Assembly: GCA_023334545.1 (NCBI GenBank)
Contig: JAADVB010000045.1
Coordinates: forward strand, 1 to 64,000
Reading direction: 5' to 3'
DNA: 64,000 nucleotides
DNA from: Salisapilia sapeloensis CBS 127946
Lineage: Eukaryota > Protista > Oomycota
Positions 20,656-32,334 of this stretch are shown one piece after another. Position 1 is the first letter of the stretch. The number at the start of each line of letters is the position of its first letter. The position numbers were made by a program, and so were the translations under genes. A model generated the notes under the pieces. That model saw only the letters and a list, made by a program, of their open reading frames with translations. It had not been told where the DNA came from and did no database searches.

Positions 20656-23338
20656 CTACACGTTTGGAAAATGATCGGAATAGGAAGCAATGAGTACATC
20701 ATGCGACTTGGAGGACAGTAGACTTGAGAAAATGTCATCTTGCAGAATACGCTTAAGACTCGGTCTCTCCATCGGATCGAAAGACAGCATCTGGAGCAAT
20801 AGGTCCTTGGCTCCTGGAAGTTGTCTCATGCGCGCTCGACAGCGTTGGAGAAGCGGATGACGGCCTGACGCGAGACTGAACTGCTTCCTGTCCATGTCAT
20901 ATTGACGTTGGACGCGGCTGGACCGATGGCCTGACGGTGGACACAGATGTCGTTGTAACAAATCGTACACGTCTGGCACTTGTCCAGCATTCGTATCTGG
21001 TAGACCTAGGAGTACAAGGAACCGATAGAGCGTATGATACAACAAGTCATCCGCATCATCTTCTGCTACACTCTTAATGACAGTAAAAGTCGACGTCTGT
21101 AAATCCTACAACATCCATTAGTACTATTCCATCGACTACGAATATAGATACCTACCGTCCATAGCTTCCGTAAGTCTTTCAACAGTGCCGACGGACACTT
21201 GACTTGACTCAAGATCTCTTCATAAGGAGAACTGCCGGTAAGTAAATGGAAGAAACATAGACCAAGCGAGAATGTATCGGAAGCAAACGACTGGATCGCA
21301 CAATCTCCTTCGAAGAGGTACTCGATCGGCGTATTCTCCAACGTCGTGAATTGATCCATCGTCACTCGTTTTCCAAGTGTCTCGGCATTCGATTCTGCTG
21401 TACCATAATCTGCAATCTTGACCCAATATGCATACTTGGATGGTAGTGTCAATACGTAGCGAGTATCCCCAAGATCATACGCAATATCCACTTGATCTTT
21501 CGTACATGTAAATCCACTTCGGTCAATATCTTTTAAAAAGAAATTCAAGAGCTACAAACACATCAGTTTCGAGATCGACAAGTAGCTAGGTGAAAAGACG
21601 TACTTTGACGTCACAATGGCGAAGACCAAAGTGTTCTCGAGCACAGTAGAGTCCAAAGACCATTTGGAAGAAGAATGGGACGACAGCATCGGAGACTGGT
21701 AGCACTTGCTCTGGCTGGAGACTAATAAAGTCTTCCATGTCGCCACCATCACAAAACTCCATGTGAATGTACTGATACAACTTGTCCATGTCACTCCCGA
21801 CAGGTCGAAAGTGGACGCTACTGTGCTTGCGTTGAGGAAGTAGCTCCACTGGCTTGCGATCTGTTGGACTACCCCAAGACTCGGCATCTGGACGTCCAGC
21901 AGACACAAAGACATCGTAGATGTGGACAAAGTTTGGACAAAAGCCACTGCTCACAAGCTCCGACAGCAACACCGAGTGCGCTACTTCTTGTCGAATCACG
22001 CGCTACAACAGATACATTAAGCGAAGAGACGAATACATGTATAAATACCAAGTACCTCGTTGCCAGTGCCTTCAATGGCGTGAATGTCCATGAGACTAAC
22101 TGCATCCACATGATCATTCGCACTCGAGTACACTTTGAAGATCTGCTTATAAGCGCCATCGGAGAGGTAATTACCACGTGGGTATCGGTCACATACTTCC
22201 TCAATATCCACATGATTCTCTCGTCTACATCAAACTTAGATACATGCACTTCTCTTATACATACATAAACGTACGTCTGATAGTCTGCTACAGCCCACGC
22301 CTGCGCTCTAATCAACCAAAGCATGAGTATCAATAGGTAGAGGAAGAAGTAGTTGACGTACGGTAGAGATAGCTTCCGCCATCGCTTGCTCACGTCTCGG
22401 ACACACGTGAGCAACTGCTGGAGACCGACGTATCCAGAGGAGAAGACGAGCGAGATTGCTTCATCTGATATGTTGTCTTGGTTCGTGGTATCCCATAGCT
22501 GACGACTGATGCTCTGTCGACGCACAACGTCGCTTGTCCAGTTCAATTCATCGTCCTTGATCGTAGCCCCCGTCGTCTGTGCAAGGGAAGGAGACAGCGT
22601 TAGACGCGAAAGGCGATCCATTCGAGAGAGTCGTCGAGCTCTCGTCTTATCTTTACGTCGAGATGGTTTCGCGAGCACTTCTTCCATCGCGTCTGCCACT
22701 TGTGCATGGCTCTTGGACGACAAGAGTCGATGGTGTTCTGACTGGGATACAAACTCTAGTTTTTCATGATCTAATCGTGCTAATTGATCCTTTATCTTCT
22801 CGATTTCGCTCTGCTGAGAGGAAGAGATCGTGTCTTCCGACAGAGGTTGAGAGATCGAATTTGTTCCGCCGGAAGCCTTGGATAATAGAGTACGCAGATG
22901 ACTACATCGATTCAAAGTCGTGCAATAGACTGATGTACCGAATATGAACTTCCAGTCGAATCCGAGACGTTGCATCCATCGACCAAATTGGTCCGTGTCG
23001 ATATTCGAGCTCGATGGAGCTTGCACGACGCTGCCATGGCTATCTCCAAAGCGTTCCAACGCTGTCGTTTGGACAGAATAATTCAACTGACTTGCCAAGT
23101 AAGCTGTAAAATTTGCTGGAGCTGATTCGATCTCTGCATCTAGATCAGGGCTCCAGTCATCCGATTCTCGATCGGTATGCACGGAATGGAGCTGCTGTAG
23201 CTTGCGTGCTGCTTTACGAGGCGCAACTTTTACACGTCTAGATGGCCGTCTCTTCACAGTTGCTTTCACAGGAGACTTTATGTCGTCATCCGATGACAGT
23301 GGTGAACGGCAAACGCTCCGCTTCGATCGAGATGCCAT
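20656..23338 (-). CDS. Atypical protein kinase with an F-box-like motif directly upstream of the catalytic domain, multi-exon
   Basis: F-box-like ISDEAISLVFS..LLTCVRDVSKRWRKL; kinase motifs LSDGAYKQIFKV, YIHMEFCDGGD, HCDVK|LLN, VKIADYG, DTFSLG, DLLLQMLSFDPMERP; in-frame splices reconstructed by hand. Confidence 0.85.
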
Positions 23339-23548
23339 GCTCCGAAGCGTTTTTGAATTATGGCGGGAGGCGTGTCAATACATTCTAGCCAATCGTTTGG
23401 AAGTATTTATAAATTTCAACCAATCAAAGTACGACTTTGGCTAGTAGAAATGAAGGGGAGAACTAGCTGATGATGACGGTTTCTCTACTGCCAAGGAACG
23501 CGACTAGTGTCCAGTAGTTGGCAGATATAGTTTTCATAGACGAAAGGA

Positions 23549-26026
23549 ATGAAAAGCCTTCTTTACTTTTTCGTTGCCGCTGCTATCGTGGATGGTGCAA
23601 AGGCACAAGCTCTCGAGTGCGGTCAGACAGTGGAAAGTCAAGTGACAATTGACCGATGGGAGCAGCAGAGCGCACTTACGTTGTCCAGAGACTGTATTTT
23701 ACATTGCAACTCTCACAATCGAATAGTTGACTCATGGAATTTGCTAGCTCATACGGCAGCCGTGTTTCAAGATTCCATCTACCTTGTTGGTGGAGTCTCT
23801 TCCCCATACTATACCAAACGACTAGAATACACGAATACCAGGTCCGATGTTGTATCTTCCAAAGACGGAGTGGACTGGGTCGAAGTTCTGGAGGAGGCCC
23901 CATTTCGAAGGCGATATGGTCACTCGCTCACAACCTTGAAAGATACCAGCGATGGCGAGGAGCGCCTCGTTCTTGCTGGAGGCTTCAGCCCTCTTCCTGC
24001 ATCAGACATTTGGACCACAGTAGATGGAGGTACATTCGTCTTCGTGTACTACAATATTAAAGTGTAACGAAAGAAACAGAGAATTGGGTGGAAAGTAGTG
24101 CGAATGTGCCGTGGACTGGCCGAGGTTACCACTGTGCTGTAGTCTTTGACGAAAAATATTGGATCCTTGGCGGAAGCCCATTCAACAATGAAGTATGGTC
24201 CACTTCTTCAATCATGCAAGGTTACCTTCTCAACTTGTCTATTATTGATGACAGCTATTGATACAGCCTAGGTGACTGGAAACGACATGATGACGCAAAG
24301 TGGAGTCCTCGTGCTGCTCATGGATGTGCCGCCCATAAAGTCATGATGAACTCGACTCTCGGAGATACATCCTTGACCGAATTTCTATATGTGACTGGCG
24401 GCTGGGACGGCACTTCTCTCCAAGACGTCTGGCGAATGGACAAAGCCGGAGAGTGGCAACGCATCGTTGAAGCTGCACCATGGAGCAAACGAGCGTGGCA
24501 CTCTTTAGTCTCATTCGACTCTCGCACCATGGCGGATGTACAGTATGGACCTCGTCTCTGGCTCATTGGTGGCGGTATCGTTGGCAATGGCATTGACCTC
24601 ATGCAGTCCTATTCCGACGCATGGTTTACATGGGATGGCATTCACTGGGAGAGCGCGACATCCGATGCATCCGGCGTGTCCACTGCAGAGTGGAGTATGG
24701 TCAGCGTGAATACGGAAGAAGTATGTGTAGGCAAGTGGGGTCACGCGGTGGTGTCATTCCATCAGCGAGTGCCCATTGCCTTCTATTGTGATGATTCATG
24801 CTCGAACGAAGAGAATACAGTTGGACTCGGTGGTCAACTTATTCCTGTGTGTGATCCGAAGAATTCGCTACCACAAGATCCGATGCTTCAAACGATTATC
24901 AAGGACAATAGTATCCGAACGGTGACACTCTACCCAGACGGATGTGGCCTTTGCTCCGGACCACGATACTACAATACAACGTACATCCCATCACTCTTTC
25001 TCATCGCTGGGAATGCTGGGGCACAAAAAGTGAACGATGTATTTGCAAATGCTGCTGGGAGTATACATTTCCGATTCTATAGTCGCTCGTACGACGGTTA
25101 CTTACGTCGATCTAGTGTTGTGCGAGAAGAATGGAGCGATTTGTGGTAATCAAGGCGTATGTACCCTTGGAGGGACATGCCTATGCAATACAGGAAAGAC
25201 TGGTCCATACTGCGAAGACGAGGCGGATTTCGTCATCGTGAACACGAGTATGTAATCTCCTTGTCCTTCGCACGGTATCTCATGTTGACGATTGTGTCCT
25301 ACAGCTAGCTGTTTTCCGGACTATGCAACCGTATATGATACATACGGCCAGGCGCTAAAGATTGGCGATGTGAAAGTTGGCGATAAGATCTTGGGAGTAA
25401 ATAAGCTTGGTGCGATCGTTCCGACGACCGTATACTATTTGCCCCATGAAGATCAGACGATCCTGCCAAAGCTTGACTACCTACGCATTACCCACATGCG
25501 TTTCGATAGTACAAAGGTATATTATTGACTCTCTACACTCTATCCACGGTCGGCACTGACACTTCGTGTGCACGTATAGCAAGAAATACTGGACATAACG
25601 CCGGAGCACTTAGTATACGTTGTGCAAGATGTCTCATTGAAGACAGTCGGTGCATTCACCCAAAAAGCAGCACGGGAGATCCATCCCGGCGATCTTTTGC
25701 TTGTCACATCCACAACGTCAAGCAGTATGCGACTTTCGCCGTCGCAAGTGCTTTCAATAGACAACGTCCGCCTCTCGAAGACGAAACCGACGACAGTGTA
25801 CACGACAACGGGCACGATGCTCGTCGAAAGCGTCTTGTGTAGTAACTTTGGCGACTTTTACCCAATGATCAACCAGTGGCGCGACGGTGTGCCATTCTAC
25901 TTGTTTGGACTGCACCGATTCACTTATGGTCTCCTACCGTATGGTGTCACAGCACGGATCTACAGTGCGCTTACAAAATCTTTGATACCAATTGTCAGAC
26001 GAATCGGGGAAGTGCTCACGAATTGA
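23549..26026 (+). CDS. Secreted Kelch-repeat/EGF protein with C-terminal Hedgehog-type Hint (Hog) autoprocessing domain
   Basis: Signal peptide MKSLLYFFVAAAIVDGAKA; Kelch repeats (APFRRRYGH, VPWTGRGYH, AKWSPRAAH, APWSKRAWH with GG dipeptides); EGF CEKNGAICGNQGVCTLGGTCLCNTGKTGPYCE; Hint S|CFP (Cys 25310), GDVKVGDKIL, LDITPEHLVYV, GTMLVESVLCSNF; helical tail. Confidence 0.9.
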
Positions 26027-26230
26027 CTTGAAAAGACTATGCTAAGTCGTCTAATTCAGATCATATTGTATGAAATGGCTCCGCCGTTCGTGGCTGGTCG
26101 GTCTTTACTTGAGTCCAGTATGCGTCTGAATCGTTGATTCGCTTCAAGCTGCTTTTCTGGATTTCTATCGCTCGATTTTCTGACTTGTCGCGACGTGCTC
26201 CATTTTTCGATTTATCTCCGATCCGTCACG

Positions 26231-26509
26231 ATGCTTGGCAAGAGAGACCACGCGTCGATGGAAGCCTACTTGACCGAGTTTTACCGTCAAGAATGCCTCC
26301 GATCGCTTTATACGACAAAGACAATTTGCACGGTAGAGAAGCGACGGAAGCACGTAAAAGGTGTCTCGTTCGCCGTAGCACCAGAGATCATCGGCGTGGC
26401 AGACGACTCCGTAGACCGTCGGCCAATTGACGTGTCCCCATTCTCCAAACTCGAAATCTTCGTCTTGCTCTCGGAAAGAAAGTTTCCAGCTGCCCAAGCA
26501 ACGGCATGA
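26231..26509 (+). CDS. Small hypothetical protein (92 aa)
   Basis: ATG 26231 in an open frame; KGVSFAVAPEIIGVADDSVDRRPIDV reads as protein-like; no family recognised with certainty. Confidence 0.55.
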   Translation: MLGKRDHASMEAYLTEFYRQECLRSLYTTKTICTVEKRRKHVKGVSFAVAPEIIGVADDSVDRRPIDVSPFSKLEIFVLLSERKFPAAQATA

Positions 26510-26778
26510 GACCAGCATGATCATGACGCGCAAGCGATGAGTCGTATAAGAGCGACACGACAGTATATACGTAACGATTATCAGTCCAGTTAGTGCAGTG
26601 CTAAAAGTACCAATAAATGAGCATGTCCTGAAACGCGTAAACTCCACTCTGGTTCAGTTCTACATTCAGAGTAGATGGATGGACACGTGTGCATCACAAT
26701 GGTATTATGTAGGAAACCGTCGTTGGACTAGTCGACACTTTTCCCCCGCGTTTTCTAGTGGGGGGACGCGACCTCAGT

Positions 26779-29700
26779 ATGGAACACACGACCCGGCACA
26801 ATGATAGCATTCCTAGTGGAGTTGCATTGGGCCTCTTTAGTAAGATCGCAGCGGCTCGGAAAGAATCGCTCACGTCTATTGTAAGGTTCACGACCAGATC
26901 TTTGTCACCCTGTCCTAATTCCGAGTGCTGTGTACCTTGTAGTCGCATTCAAATGGACCGCCTCGGTGGCATGATCCACAAAGCAATTCCGGAGGAACGC
27001 ATCGCTTTCCAGACATACACGACTCCCATACAGGTTCATAACGTATTTCCTCGGTGTGAAAACGCAAGCTTTCTCATGAGCTTCTTGATGCTAGATCTAT
27101 TTCAGCAGGATAGTGCGCTAAATGGCTCTAAAGCTCCAAAATTGGTAGTCCGGCCAGCATCCCGAGGCTCTCGACGACCGAAGGAGCCATTGAAAGCAGC
27201 AACGAGTCGTTCAAGGCGCGAATCCGAAGAATCGATGCTCCGTCCTAGTGTTGCCCAATTAGCTCGACCTCCTGGCGATTCCATCGATCAGCATCGACAC
27301 AGTCTCATACAGGTACACTTCTACCATGCTACAAGAGTTGCATAGTTATTTATTCCTTCGTTTCTAGTCTTCATCTCGAGGTTTCCACGAAATGCACGCA
27401 ACAGGACATTTTGATAACGGAAATCGTCCCGCAACTGCCGGAGAGGTATAGCTCTCGTGCTAGTCACCGCATCAATTGCAAGCGTTCATTACATTGGATA
27501 TAGATGTTCGGTGCATTGGATCCGCGACAAGTCAGGAATGACTCCCTTATGCCGGATGTGAAAGCTCATACAAGGTATGATGATCCGATTGAATTCATTC
27601 GACTACCACTCCTTACTCTTCTACTTTACCTACAGAAAGCTCGATGGACATTTCACGTCAGCATCTCAACCGATCAGCGTAAGCTGCACCTAGTTGATAG
27701 ATGTGCCATTCCTTACAGACGTTGAATCTGATAGAGTTCATATCGAGCTAGTTTGGATCTTACCAAACCAAGAACCAGCGATGGATCAAGGGTGCACACA
27801 TCAAGACCTATGCATCGTCCTCAAACATCGGATATTCCGACTGCTTCAAATGGATCGCTTCCACTGAAGCCACTAACAAAAGATAGTGAGGTAGGCTTTA
27901 TGTAGTATACAAACGTGTGGAGGAATAGTTACAAGGCTTGTTGATGAACAGATCTTCATTGCTGAAAATCCGGCCTACCCTGGCGTACCGATCCTGTCAA
28001 GAAACTCCAAAGTCTGTCTCTTATGCGTTTGATTGAATGCACCATGTCTAAGTATGCTTTAGTCAAAAGCAGCAAACCCCGAGCGACTCAACTTGGACCG
28101 GCGTAGTCTGGCAACCGTACCTGTCCTTGAAGCTGAAAGTATGCTTCGTCTTCTCAACCTTCAAAACAACGCCATTCGGCGGATTGAAAACCTAAGTGGC
28201 CTTGCAAATTTAATTTTTCTGGACTTGTACAACAACCGCATTGAGGTATCTACTCTTCCTTATACCATAAAGTACTTGTCATGACATGGACTTGAGTAGA
28301 AATTGGAAAACTTACATGCTGTTCCAAATCTTCGAGTACTGATGCTTGGAAGGAATCGGATACGCCAGATTGAAAACCTTGGTGTACTACGAAAGCTAGA
28401 TGTGTTGGATTTGCACAGGTATTTGCATAACTAATCGATATCATGGATGCACATCTAAAGTATACAATAGTAATGAGATCGACGAGATGAAGAACTTGAA
28501 TGATTTAAAAGAACTGCGAGTGCTCAATTTAGGTGGCAATGCAATCTCTGTAGTGGAAAACATTGAGGAGTTGCAACTACTGACAGAACTCAACTTGCGA
28601 CGAAATAAGATCGTTCGTGTGGGAACGATTGGTAACCTCCCATCTCTCCAACGACTCTTTCTATCAAACAACCAGATCGAAAGCATGGATGACATTTACA
28701 ATTTATTCCAGGTACTACCAATTCTATCAACAAGCTTATAAACGTGACTTATATCGCTCTAGGTCTCGACGATCTCAGAGCTGCGGTTAGATTCAAACCG
28801 AGTATGTGAGGTGAGCCCATTGGACTACCGGTCTCGAGTCATCCAAAACTTTCCAGCACTCAAGCACCTGGACCTCAAGTCGCTTAGTGAGGATGATCGA
28901 AAGGCTGCAATGCTCTATATGTCTCAAACAGAGCTCGAGCTGAAAGAGAAGAATGCATGGGAAAACAACCGGCGGACACAAGCGATTGATGCGGTAAAAG
29001 CGACTTGGATGCGACGGCAGAATGTCCAGAGCATTATGAAACCTCCGAGGTACACGACGGAATGGAATACGACGACGCATTGGGGAAGATCAAGTATTTT
29101 ATCGAATGAAGCAAGCGACGAAGACGAAGATGAACCAGAGCCGAGGCTTCGAGAAGACGCCATTGTCCATCGTAACTTAAGTGGATACTCGGAAGTGGAG
29201 GTGCATGGTGATTTGAGAGTACTAGTAATTTACGGTGACGCATTGGAAGCACTGGAGAGTACTAAAGTCCATGCGTCTGTAAATGTGATATCCTTTCGAT
29301 ACGTTCACATTGATAAGATCGCAAGTGCCGCTTCATCTGCCTCTGCATCGAACTTGAGACTTTTTGTCCGGTTGCGAAGGCTCGAATTTGTACACAATGG
29401 ACTGGCAGCGTTTGATCAGCTGCTCTGGCTATCGACTTCCGGGAATCGAGTCGAGGAGGTACTCGATCTACTTGTATCATATGTAGCATTCATTTCTTTA
29501 TCCACGTTCTAGCTCCACATCAAGTCCAATGCGGTCGGATCCAAGATGCTTCTTCGGCATTTCGTTGGCGCTCGACTCGATGTACGTGTTCAGAGGTGTT
29601 GTCTGTCTAGTGCTCTAACTAATGTACACCTAGCATGTGTCTCGATTAAATGGGAAGGAAGTATCGTCAAAGGAGCGGGAAGTTGGAAAGAAGCTCTTTC

Positions 29701-30089
29701 CAAAGAGTTCTCGTCCGAAGACGTTTGGCATCGCCTTGGAGCAACAGTCAAAAGTGAGAGAACGCGTGGGTTCCGGTAAGTGTGGGCCGAAGAAACCACC
29801 GGCATCGGCATCTACATCGAGTATGGCTGAAGAAATCGTCACAATAGCAGTGGACCGAGAGAAGAAGTCGAAGGTTTGCTACGCTCTATCGATTACTAAT
29901 TCTGGTGTCTAAGCACGTATATTGCAGGTGCTCGATCGTTCCTGGTCTGCACTTCTCACCTCTGTCGTCCGAGTAGGTTACTTCCGTGGGACCTATAAAT
30001 TATATACTGATCGAAAAGAAATGTAGGAAACGCTGCGAGATATGGAGCAACGGGATACGTGCGAAGCTGGCTGCCTAGCAGGCCTGTAA
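26779..30089 (+). CDS. Leucine-rich repeat protein, LRRC49-like (tubulin polyglutamylase complex/centriolar satellite), many introns
   Basis: NPERLNLDRRSL..LRLLNLQNNAI..LDLYNNRI..LRVLMLGRNRI..LDVLDLH..LRVLNLGGN..LTELNLRRN..LQRLFLSNN followed by an LRR cap (DYRSRVIQNFPALKHLD); 5' exons uncertain. Confidence 0.78.
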
Positions 30090-30114
30090 TGCTTCTATTT
30101 TGTCAAATAAAAGT

Positions 30115-30407
30115 CTATTCTGTCTCCATCTCCTCTCCTCGCTCACTCTCTTTCTTCTTCTCCTTCTCTCGCTGATTTCGCTGGATACGACGCAAGACTT
30201 TATTCGGCACCTTTTTCTCCGTACTGTTCTTACTGCTCTTGGCTTTCTTATCCTGCCTACGCTTCAGCTTCTCCCGTCGCTCCTTTTCCTTTGACAGCTA
30301 CAATTAAAGTCTTCGTAAGTAAGATATACATATACATATATTAAAAGTAGTCGTACGTCCAACTCATGCTGTGCCTTAGCCCTCGATTTACTGTTCTTCT
30401 TGGACAT
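30115..30407 (-). CDS. Small Lys/Arg/Glu-rich protein, two exons
   Basis: MSKKNSKSRAKAQHELD|LSKEKERREKLKRRQDKK..EEMETE*; clean GT-AG intron in frame. Confidence 0.65.
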
Positions 30408-30539
30408 GCTGCTGCTCCAAATGGCCGTTCACCACTCGTTGTCAACTTTCGTTGTCTAACGTATACAAAGATCAAGTCATTTAAGCTGATTTGTAAATCG
30501 CATCATCGAAGCTATCGAACGCATCCAATTCGCACCAGT

Positions 30540-31837
30540 ATGAGCGGCAGGCAGCTTCAGACGATGGATAGCAATGCTTCCCTCGTCGAAATACAACAAA
30601 TCGGAGACCAGTATACGGTGAAGAGAAATCAGTCCAAGTATGACTTTGTCAAAGTGCGTGTATGGGTCGGTGACCACTTCTACGTCCTTTCACGCTACCT
30701 CGTGTGCCGAGCGCTAGTGAGCACCAAGGTCCATTAGCTCTTTATATCTTGATACACAGCAGACTAAAGCTAGTGGATGCCTCAGATTAACTCGAAGGAT
30801 GCAGTCCAGATCTCACTAGATCTTAAACGCGTACAATCGACTGTAGATAGATCCTAAACAATTTCATTGAATAATCCGCTTGTGTAGACACTAGTAGACC
30901 TCGGTCTCACAGATATCGTCCAGGAGCAGTTCGAAGACTTTTTGTACAAGACGATGCTTGTCTTTGGCTATGGAGATGCCCACATCTCTCGATATCGGAT
31001 GATGTCGAGGTATTCTAGCTCCAATTATACGAATTATTCTTCATACTCATCTACTTTATAGCTTCCATCGTAACCGAACGCCTTTGCTCATCATCTTAGC
31101 TGGTACTGGTTGCATCGGAAAATCGACACTAGCCACCAAAGTAAGCCATTTACCCCGCATAATAGAAACAGAGCTAAATAGACGGGTAATAGCTAGCAGA
31201 TCGATTGAATCTCTCTAGTGTCCTCCAGACGGATGTGATTTTCGAACTCATGTGCAAGTTCTCAGGGTACGACACTAGGCAGCAATCCTAGCCACAAAAC
31301 TTATGCATGTATAGGAGGGAAGAGACTTCATACGCTACATTTTCATCTTCCTCTACGAACGACCTCATTGACCAATACACATCCGACTGTGCCCTCGTGC
31401 GTCAAGGAGTGAACTCAGACATTGACAAGTGTCTTAAAGAAGGCAAGTCACTCATTGTCGAAGGTCTACACATTGACCCTCGGTTGTACCAGAAGGAAGT
31501 CGCAGTGGAAGTGGACTCTTCCGAAGATAATAACAAGAGTGGCGGTAGCGATTTCTCCGGAATCGTCGTTCCTTTCTTGCTCGTGCTGGATGAAAAAGAT
31601 CATCTAGACTTTATGAAGGTATCGCCAGACCCAAGGTATCAAGCAGCTGAGACTGCCGTCGGACTAGAGACGCTGCAGGATTTGCAGAAATACCTTTTGA
31701 AACACAAGGAAGAGAAGGGCATGCTACCGTTTGCTGAGATCCCGATCAACATACACTCGTTCAATGAAACGCTCGACCATCTTCATGATATCGTGCTCAA
31801 ACGCATTGAAGATGTGTACCAGGCACTCCCGAAATAA
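30540..31837 (+). CDS. 2-phosphoglycerate-kinase-like P-loop NTPase (plant LPA1/At5g61450-like), multi-exon
   Basis: SKYDFVKVRVW..HFYVLSRYL, Walker A GTGCIGKST, LADRLNL..VLQTD, KSLIVEGLHIDP. Confidence 0.85.
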
Positions 31838-32334
31838 ATACAGCTTTGAATTCTTCTTGCTTTGCCTAGTCGAGGTGCTTGTCAAAGGCAATAGGTATAA
31901 CGCGGAAACTTGGAAAAATGACCCGTTAGCATTAGAGGAAGATGGCAGGTAGCTCTGCGTCGAACGCATAATGGCAAGTACAAACTACATGTCAATATAG
32001 AGTTAGGCAGAGACGCTTAAAAGGTTCCTTGATATCGACATGACCTCTTTATAGTAAAAGTTACTCCTTTCATAGTCAAGATACAGACAATGACTCCAAT
32101 TATAAACACAAATATTCCCTTCAATACTACTAATCGCTAGTACTTGAGTACTTGATAGATAGCTTGGCGTGAAAGAGTTTCTAGTATATGAGCTGTAGCA
32201 ATGACCTTGCTCTGGCATATCAGGTAACTGCACCGCTCTTTTCCAAGTCAATTTGTATTTTTCTGGTAATCGCACCTATAAAGTATCCGGTGAAATTACA
32301 CGAAAACAACGAATAGTGGACACAAGTCACAGCG

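Noticed and set aside
25310-26026. Hint domain as a mobile intein
   Set aside because: It has no homing endonuclease, is C-terminal rather than inserted in a conserved host motif, has Phe at +1, and carries an SRR-like tail and a spliceosomal intron.
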